Assembly (NCBI GenBank): GCA_964590205.1
Contig: CAZPVO010000005.1
Span: 1-51,958, forward strand
Reading direction: 5' to 3'
DNA length: 51,958 bases
From: an uncultured Candidatus Saccharibacteria bacterium
GTDB taxonomy: Bacteria; Patescibacteriota; Saccharimonadia; Saccharimonadales; JAGQNJ01
The stretch's first letter is position 1, and the number at the start of each line of letters is the position of its first letter. The notes beneath the pieces were generated by a model that was not told where the DNA came from, did no database searches, and saw only the letters and a list, made by a program, of their open reading frames with translations. Both the position numbers and the translations under genes were made by a program. Positions 45,748 through 51,958 of this stretch are shown here, in pieces.

Positions 45748-46839
45748 TTAAATATTGCTCTTTCGGCGATTATCGTCTTTACATAACATCTGGCAATTTT
45801 CGGCTGTAGTATGCCCGCCTTCAACCCAAGGTTTAATGTGGTCAGCTTCCATCTCGCTTATATCAAAATGCTTGCCGCATTTAGGGCATACACCATTTTG
45901 CCGCTCATATGCTTCACGTTTCATTTTGTCTGTGAATGCTCGAATGGACAGATACTTTTCATTACCATTAAGTACGTATTGGTAGATACCAGATTTTTTT
46001 GTAACATCTTCATCTTGCATGAGTACTTTAATTTTAACTTCTAACTTTTCCGAATCTAACTCTGCATCTTTGAATTCGTTATACAAAGTCCCCCATGCAA
46101 CACTCTTCATTTCGTGTCTGTAGTTAGTAAATGTCCGCCTAGCCCATGCAATGACTTCCTGGAAGTAATGCCATAATTCATCAGCATTCTGGTCGTGCTG
46201 GTGCTTAGCCATATAATCAGCAATTTCACCATTGTTGATCCATGACAATGCTGTTTCTAGTACTTCTTGTCTAATCGGAGATCCACTTACTAATGCTCCA
46301 CCGTCAGTAGCAAGTAGATAGGCAACACAATTCGATTTACTGAATTTATACTTGGCATCACTAAGCCATGGACCAGTGTAAACTGCATTGCGTAGCTCTT
46401 GTTCGGTTAGCTTTTCACCTGCAATGTTAATAATTTTGAACCAGTCCAGTCGCTCTTTATCGGTTCCTTCACAGTGATAAATCATTAGCTCATAATCAAG
46501 TATCTGATTCTGTTCTTCTGTTGTTAGGTTATGAAAGAATCGGTCATCAAGTGAGAAATCGTTGTTAACATATTGGGCGATACTTATGGTTCTTTGTTGT
46601 CCGTCCAAGACTTCAAAATTGCCTTGGTCTGTTTTAACCCAATACATTACGTTCAATGGGAAGTTATTTTTAATTGTCCGTATTACCTCGTCACGTTGTG
46701 TGCCGGTGTAAACAAATTCTCGTTGATACTTAGGTCTAATATCAAGCTTTCCGCCATATGCGGACACACCTAGCTCATCGCTATCTTTGTAGTCTTTCGT
46801 AACCTCACGAATTTTTATACGATGTAAGTCAATTTTCAT
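45748..46839 (-). CDS. DUF262 (GmrSD-like) + HNH endonuclease
   Basis: Motifs PKYQREFVY and LDGQQRT; C-terminal CPKC..EADHIKPW..GG.T..ENCQMLC..DNRRK. Confidence 0.9.
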   Translation of the reverse strand: MKIDLHRIKIREVTKDYKDSDELGVSAYGGKLDIRPKYQREFVYTGTQRDEVIRTIKNNFPLNVMYWVKTDQGNFEVLDGQQRTISIAQYVNNDFSLDDRFFHNLTTEEQNQILDYELMIYHCEGTDKERLDWFKIINIAGEKLTEQELRNAVYTGPWLSDAKYKFSKSNCVAYLLATDGGALVSGSPIRQEVLETALSWINNGEIADYMAKHQHDQNADELWHYFQEVIAWARRTFTNYRHEMKSVAWGTLYNEFKDAELDSEKLEVKIKVLMQDEDVTKKSGIYQYVLNGNEKYLSIRAFTDKMKREAYERQNGVCPKCGKHFDISEMEADHIKPWVEGGHTTAENCQMLCKDDNRRKSNI

Positions 46840-47921
46840 TTTGTCGCCTTTCGTTTAATCAGGATTCTTGTGTAAAGTGCTTTTCCGTTCAAGACGGGTC
46901 CTACATATTTGCGGTGCTGTTCATCTACATATGTTGGTGTACCCTGAATAAAAGCCTCTGACTTCTCTCGTTTGTCATCAAATATACCAATAAGCTCAAA
47001 CTGGTCTGGGTTATATTTGTCGAGAAATGTAATCGGTACACCCATCTTACCCTCAAAATCCATTGGTATATCAGCAACTTTTGGAACTTCTATAGCGTCA
47101 TAATTGTCATACTTGGGATACTGCTCATTAGAGTACTTTTTGTACATTTCAAACTTTTCATGATGCTTCGTGTTCTCAAGGTTTGTTAGCCAACACGCCA
47201 TAATGTGTTTCAGCTTCACGCCATCAATAATCTTTTCATACTTTTCGCCATCAGGCACTCTGAGCCACATATCACTGTTGATATTTCGGTAGCCCAACCA
47301 GAGTTCGTCATTTTGAATTAGCTTGAAAACAAAGTTATATTTCACCGAATTCTTATTTGCAATAATCAAATACTTCTTTTTGTTGCTTACTATTTGCTCT
47401 ATAAACTCACGAAACAATGAAAAGGGTGGGTTGGTAACTACAATATCCGATTGCTTAAGTAGCTCTACGCATTCTTCACTTCTAAAATCACCATCGCCTT
47501 CTAGCGGTGCCCATTCATTATGCTTATTGGCTTTTAGCATTTCGGCGATGTCATTTAGATTAAAGGCTCCATCACCATTTATGTCGCCGACTTCGTTGAT
47601 AACAAACTTATTGGCTGTAACTTTAGGACGTCCTTTTGCGGGGATAATTGTTTTATCATCACCAAATAAGCCAAGCTGTGTGTTGGCAATTGGCGATGGT
47701 TTGTAGCTTGTAGTGATTAGGCTTTTAAGCCCTAGCAACTTGAAATTCAGTACAAAGTATCGGAAGAAGTTACTTTCAAATGGATCATCACAGTTACAGT
47801 AAACAACCTTCCCCCGAAATTGGTCCCTATAGTGCTTTAGCTCATCCTCAATGTCTTTAATTTGAGTGTAAAATTCATCTTTCTTTTGTGTTTTAGCACT
47901 ATGCAGCGTTTTATTAGCCAT
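46836..47921 (-). CDS. Adenine-specific DNA methyltransferase, EcoRI-methylase family
   Basis: Motifs KKDEFYT, VYCNCDDP, GDGDFRS, VVTNPPFS and MGVPITFLDKYNPDQF. Confidence 0.9.
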   Translation of the reverse strand: MANKTLHSAKTQKKDEFYTQIKDIEDELKHYRDQFRGKVVYCNCDDPFESNFFRYFVLNFKLLGLKSLITTSYKPSPIANTQLGLFGDDKTIIPAKGRPKVTANKFVINEVGDINGDGAFNLNDIAEMLKANKHNEWAPLEGDGDFRSEECVELLKQSDIVVTNPPFSLFREFIEQIVSNKKKYLIIANKNSVKYNFVFKLIQNDELWLGYRNINSDMWLRVPDGEKYEKIIDGVKLKHIMACWLTNLENTKHHEKFEMYKKYSNEQYPKYDNYDAIEVPKVADIPMDFEGKMGVPITFLDKYNPDQFELIGIFDDKREKSEAFIQGTPTYVDEQHRKYVGPVLNGKALYTRILIKRKATK

Positions 47922-47923
47922 TT

Positions 47924-48115
47924 TTATTTACTACTCTCTTCCAGGAATTTTAGAACATCATCCTTTTTCCAACGTCTAATATTGCGACCGCCAATGCGGA
48001 TTGCTTTGAGCCTTCCTTCACGATCCCAATTTCTGAACGTATTTTCATGAACTTTTAATAAACTGGTAACTTCTTTTAACGTCAAATATTCAGGTAGTTC
48101 GTTCTTTTCGCTCAT
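47924..48115 (-). CDS. Excisionase-like (MerR-type) HTH protein
   Basis: YLTLKEVTSLLKVHENTFRNWDREGRLKAIRIGG...RW. Confidence 0.85.
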   Translation of the reverse strand: MSEKNELPEYLTLKEVTSLLKVHENTFRNWDREGRLKAIRIGGRNIRRWKKDDVLKFLEESSK

Positions 48116-48146
48116 CTACCAATATCTTATAATATCTAACAACACT

Positions 48147-48980
48147 ATGGAAGCTACAAACAAACCATCGAAAGCCAATGACTACGCAGTTGCTCATGCA
48201 ATGAACAGAGAAATATTCTCAACATTCGTGATGGTATATGCCGGGTACACTATGGACATATCCGAATACTATGAAATACCAAACCTTAATCGTGCTTATA
48301 TATTATTGGTTGATGAACTACAAAAGATATACGCTCGAAACCCAGAACTACAGTCGATAAAGCCCGACCCACTCTGGAAGCGTTTTGAGGTGCTTAAAAA
48401 CCACACGGAAGAGATATTTGATTACGTAAGTGACACTGAAAATTGGGGTCACGAACACATCGCTAAAGTCGAGAAACTATGTATCATTGCTGGTGTTGAA
48501 GACCCTATTTATACCCCAGAGCAGCAAAAGCTTATTGATAACCTGGATGCTAATAGAAAAGAGTACGCTAGTAAAATCAAAGAACTAATGGAGAAATCAG
48601 AGAAGGACATTCAGATTCCTTCTTACAATCTTACGTTCAAGCTTGACGGCTCGATACTTATAAATGATGTATTTAGGCTAAAGAGGGTTCATGTTGCTTC
48701 AAGCACTGAAAGACTGCTTGAACAGGCTCTAAAGAGCCCAAACACTCTATTTAAGCCTGATATTGGTCAAACCTCACGTAACCTTAGCACCGTTCTTAGT
48801 AGTGCAGGTTTTACGAGAGAATTAAGACAGTTATTCTTCCCTACGGTTAGTAATAACAAAGGCATTGTTTTTCGGCCTACCATATCTCGTCAGCAAGCAG
48901 ATGAAGAGAATATAGATACTACAGAACTAGATGCAAAGCTCTATGCATTAGGTGCAAAGACTGAACCGAAAAGCACCTAA
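48147..48980 (+). CDS. Hypothetical protein (element backbone)
   Basis: 277-aa ORF divergent from the HTH gene. Confidence 0.65.
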   Translation: MEATNKPSKANDYAVAHAMNREIFSTFVMVYAGYTMDISEYYEIPNLNRAYILLVDELQKIYARNPELQSIKPDPLWKRFEVLKNHTEEIFDYVSDTENWGHEHIAKVEKLCIIAGVEDPIYTPEQQKLIDNLDANRKEYASKIKELMEKSEKDIQIPSYNLTFKLDGSILINDVFRLKRVHVASSTERLLEQALKSPNTLFKPDIGQTSRNLSTVLSSAGFTRELRQLFFPTVSNNKGIVFRPTISRQQADEENIDTTELDAKLYALGAKTEPKST

Positions 48981-48994
48981 AACAAACCGATTCA

Positions 48995-49041
48995 GAACCA
49001 AAAACAGTACTACCCGAACCATTTAGTTACAACACAGAACC
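48995..49041 (+). repeat. Phased GAACC pentamers (21-bp spacing) upstream of rep
   Basis: GAACC at 48995, 49016 and 49037; also 48963, with AAACC at 48984. Confidence 0.45.
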
Positions 49042-49085
49042 CATACAACGACTAGGGTTTGTTTTGTTGCGATACTCGGCTTGTT

Positions 49086-49247
49086 ATGAACAGCAAGCCA
49101 CTAGAAACCAGCCGAAGCCAAGCCCCCAATAATGGGTCTGAATTGGTATTAAGCAATGACGAGATTGAACAGCTCGCCAAGTTTCTAGATGCTTTGCTGG
49201 AGTCTGACTTGGCGAACAAGAGTGACGGGGGCAACGGCAATGATTGA
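49086..49247 (+). CDS. Small hypothetical protein overlapping the rep start
   Basis: 53 aa; overlaps the rep ATG by 8 nt. Confidence 0.5.
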   Translation: MNSKPLETSRSQAPNNGSELVLSNDEIEQLAKFLDALLESDLANKSDGGNGND

Positions 49248-50373
49248 TACCGTTAAACTCGCTATACCTTACTCAGAACGGCCTAAGTGGCTCACTCCCT
49301 TAAACAAGAAGTCTAGTCTTGATGCAGGTAAAGGCACTTTTACAACTAACATCTTCCCTAGTACTTCTTACAAGAAAACAGAGATATACTTACCAAAATT
49401 GCAATTTGTTGAATCACCTTCTTACGCTGAGGGCGTGGGAAGGGTCTTCACTTTGTATGTAGAGGTATCACTCCCAAAACTGTTTTTCGGCAATAACTTT
49501 GATGAGCTAACCGATGAGTTGTTCATGGGAGTAGTAAACAAACTCTCTGCGTTAATCTGGACAATTTATGACATTAAACTGTCACCTACAGACATTGCTC
49601 AAGCATCTGTCGCTAGAATTGATTACTCGAAAAATATAGTGTTCACGAACAGAACGCCAGTGTCCTCAGTCATCAGCGTGGTTGCTAAGGGCAATATACC
49701 TAAAACCTATGACGTACAGAAAACCGATTTCAGAAATGGCGGGATGATTTACCACATACATGCAAACATCATCGACATCGTTTTCTATGACAAAGTTGCC
49801 GACTTAGCTCAAGCAAAAACATCTGAAAGACGATCCCATGAAAAATACAATTACACTCAGCTCAAACTGGTTGAAGAATTTGAAAAGAACCCCAACATCT
49901 CAGTATTCCGGTATGAGATTCGTCTCAACGGCATGGAGAAGATTCGCAAAGAACTTGTGTCCATTGGCGAAAGCGGTGAGTTGCAATTTAGCCACGTATT
50001 CAGCGGTGACATTTCTCGGCGAATATTGCTAAGTCATTGGGAGAAGATAATCAGTGAAATTCCCAAAATCGAACCTCTTGCACAAACATCTTCACAGATA
50101 CTGATTTCCTACGCTAACACTAAGCCAGGAATGAAATTCGCTGAGGCTAGTGCCTACACTTTAATGCGAATCTTACGTAACGAGCTTCAAGAAGAACGTG
50201 GAGTACGCAACATTATCGAAGGTCTTTTCGGTACCCATCAGTACAGGCGATTAGTAAAGAAAACTGGTCTTAACCCCCTCTCGGACACACAGCTTTCGCA
50301 CTTACAACATATCACTCAAACCATTACAGAAATGAAGCCTATAAGCATAGCAGAATTCATTCAGGATTTGTAA
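49240..50373 (+). CDS. Phage/plasmid replication initiation protein (gene II/X-like, rolling-circle type)
   Basis: Motifs MIDTVKL, VEVSLPKLFFGNN, VARIDYSKN, FYDK and RYEIRL. Start set at ATG 49240. Confidence 0.75.
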   Translation: MIDTVKLAIPYSERPKWLTPLNKKSSLDAGKGTFTTNIFPSTSYKKTEIYLPKLQFVESPSYAEGVGRVFTLYVEVSLPKLFFGNNFDELTDELFMGVVNKLSALIWTIYDIKLSPTDIAQASVARIDYSKNIVFTNRTPVSSVISVVAKGNIPKTYDVQKTDFRNGGMIYHIHANIIDIVFYDKVADLAQAKTSERRSHEKYNYTQLKLVEEFEKNPNISVFRYEIRLNGMEKIRKELVSIGESGELQFSHVFSGDISRRILLSHWEKIISEIPKIEPLAQTSSQILISYANTKPGMKFAEASAYTLMRILRNELQEERGVRNIIEGLFGTHQYRRLVKKTGLNPLSDTQLSHLQHITQTITEMKPISIAEFIQDL

Positions 50374-50440
50374 GCTATTGTTAGCAAATAGCGGATAATC
50401 CCAGTATAATTAAGACATAATATAGGAAGGAAGTCCAATC

Positions 50441-51958
50441 ATGAAAACACTTGAAAATAAAGACTACGAAGGAGTGAAAGCATTCTTAATCGCACGTGTA
50501 TCTGACACACGACAGACAGAGGCATTGCCAGCACAAAACCTACGACTAGAGGAGTATGCCAACAGGCTAAAACTTAATTATGAATACTTCTCTTTTGATG
50601 AAACAGCATACAAGGAAGACCGTCAGAGATTCAGAGAAATCGTCAATCAAATCTACGAACAGTCTAACTTTTGTATAGTCGTATTTGATAAGATTGACCG
50701 TTTTGCCAGGGACGCTTCTACCGAAGTAGTGATGATATTAAAGCGACTAGTACGTGAAGGTAAGATTGAGCTGCATTTCCCGTCAGACAATCTTTTGTTT
50801 CATAAAAACTCGCCAGCCGCTGATAAAACCCGTCTCGGCATGGGTATGGTTTTCGGCGAATACTACTCTGCTGCTATTAGCGATAACGTAAAAAGAAAAA
50901 TAGAACAGAAGCTACATGAGGGTGAATTCCCAGGTAAAGCACCTATAGGTTATAAGAATGTGGCAACTACCGATGACATGGGCAAGATATTGTCTAAAAA
51001 CATTGTGCCTGATCCAGCCCGTAGGCAGTACATAGAAAGGGCATTCCAGCTAAGACTTGAGGGTAAGTCATTTCGTTTAATCGCAAAGGTTCTTAAAGAT
51101 GAGGGTCTTAGGGCAAACACTAAGCAGCAAGGTGTAGTATCTCAGAGTCAAATGGAAACTATGCTTAAGAACTCCTTCTATTACGGCGTTATGAAATATG
51201 ACGGCGGTACATACCCTCATAAATACGAACCAATAATTACTAGAAAAATATTCGATCAGGTACAAGCTATCAATGAAACACGAAATGCAGAACGTGATAA
51301 AACACTCACTAAGCAGACTTATACCTTTCAGGGCATATTAAAATGTGCCACCTGTGGCTGCTCCTACTCTTCATACGTAAAGAAAGGTCGTGTCTATATG
51401 CGTTGCACTAAGTCTAAGGAAGGCGTTGCTTGCGACCAGCCACCTACATCAGAAGAGCATCTAATCCCACAAGTACACGAGCTGCTTGAGCAACTAGCGA
51501 TTAGCGAACAGCGGGTATTGCAAGTACTAGATATTCTGAAAAAGGGACATGATGATATTCAACTCTACTATCAGACTGCCATTTCTGAAACCCGTGCCAA
51601 AATCAATAGACTGAACAAAAAAATAGATATGCTCTATGATGACCGTCTTGAGGGTCGTATTACTACGAACGACTATGACAAATATGTAACTAAGTATAAG
51701 AATGATAAAGAAGAGCTAGAGAATAAGCTGGTTGAATACACTAATAACGACAAATCCTTTGTTGTAACAGCTGAACATCTGTTAAAACTGGCTCAAAATG
51801 CTAAGAGTGTCTTTGAAAGTTCGCAACCAGCTCAAAAGAACAAGATTCTACGAACCTTACTTGCGAACTGCAAAATCAATCAAAAAAGGCTGCAACTCAA
51901 TCTGTTACAGCCCTTCTTGGCACTTAGTGCTGACTCTAAAAGTCAAAATTGGCTCCGG
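50441..51958 (+). CDS. Large serine recombinase (3'-partial; absent from ORF track)
   Basis: Catalytic ARVSDTRQ and DKIDRFAR, recombinase domain GKAPIGY, Zn ribbon KCATCG..RC..C and a coiled coil. The ORF is open to the window end and reads into the att repeat (QNWLR). Confidence 0.93.
   Translation, partial: MKTLENKDYEGVKAFLIARVSDTRQTEALPAQNLRLEEYANRLKLNYEYFSFDETAYKEDRQRFREIVNQIYEQSNFCIVVFDKIDRFARDASTEVVMILKRLVREGKIELHFPSDNLLFHKNSPAADKTRLGMGMVFGEYYSAAISDNVKRKIEQKLHEGEFPGKAPIGYKNVATTDDMGKILSKNIVPDPARRQYIERAFQLRLEGKSFRLIAKVLKDEGLRANTKQQGVVSQSQMETMLKNSFYYGVMKYDGGTYPHKYEPIITRKIFDQVQAINETRNAERDKTLTKQTYTFQGILKCATCGCSYSSYVKKGRVYMRCTKSKEGVACDQPPTSEEHLIPQVHELLEQLAISEQRVLQVLDILKKGHDDIQLYYQTAISETRAKINRLNKKIDMLYDDRLEGRITTNDYDKYVTKYKNDKEELENKLVEYTNNDKSFVVTAEHLLKLAQNAKSVFESSQPAQKNKILRTLLANCKINQKRLQLNLLQPFLALSADSKSQNWLR

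Larger units (their letters stand above)
41948..51958. mobile_element. ~10-kb integrative element with large serine recombinase and rolling-circle-type Rep, inserted at a tRNA-Asn-like 3' end
   Basis: Direct repeat TTGGCTCCGG at 41947-41956 and 51949-51958 (window edge); carries recombinase, Rep, Xis-like HTH and RM-like cargo. The tRNA itself is inferred to lie just outside the window. Confidence 0.85.

Noticed and set aside
48969-48979. AAAAGCACCT match to the cassette hairpin arm inside the island
   Set aside because: It is only 10 nt, lies within a coding 3' end, and has no partner arm or tRNA core; chance is sufficient.
51077-51265. 62-aa minus-strand ORF
   Set aside because: It lies antisense within the serine recombinase CDS.
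51950-51958. Calling a tRNA-Asn gene at the window end
   Set aside because: Only 9 nt of its putative 3' end are inside the window, so it is reported as an inferred att site rather than a gene.
41948-51958. Prophage interpretation of the island
   Set aside because: No capsid, terminase, tail or lysis genes are recognisable.

Overview
This 52-kb bacterial window (genetic code 11) is most consistent with a Patescibacteria/CPR genome, class Saccharimonadia (TM7). That call is inferred from the compact gene set, the cyoABCDE quinol-oxidase operon, NiSOD and frequent -10 boxes lying 6-8 nt before ATG. Positions 1-38 kb are chromosomal: tandem UMP-kinase genes, tRNA-Ser(GGA), a MacAB-type ABC pair, a two-component system, MMPL, inositol-1-P synthase, sodN/sodX, a stress-peptide cluster missed by the ORF track, LysM-CHAP, a class F sortase with candidate substrates, a WhiB-like protein, an ApbE/FMN-protein/RnfD-FNR flavinylation module, cyoABCDE and an RRM protein. 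At 38.06-41.97 kb, six unrelated co-oriented single genes are each separated by a degenerate copy of one junction (a tRNA 3'-end remnant plus a terminator-like hairpin). This integron-like, tRNA-anchored cassette array is the most novel-looking feature. From 41.95 kb to the window end lies a ~10-kb integrative element. It carries a large serine recombinase (missed by the ORF track because it runs off the edge), a II/X-type Rep, an excisionase-like HTH, a DUF262-HNH/adenine MTase pair and hydrolase cargo, and is bounded by a direct repeat matching a tRNA-Asn-like 3' end. The oxidase appears to lack both K-channel signature residues, and several untranslated leaders look like structured cis-regulators. 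All family assignments come from motif recognition by eye, not database searches.
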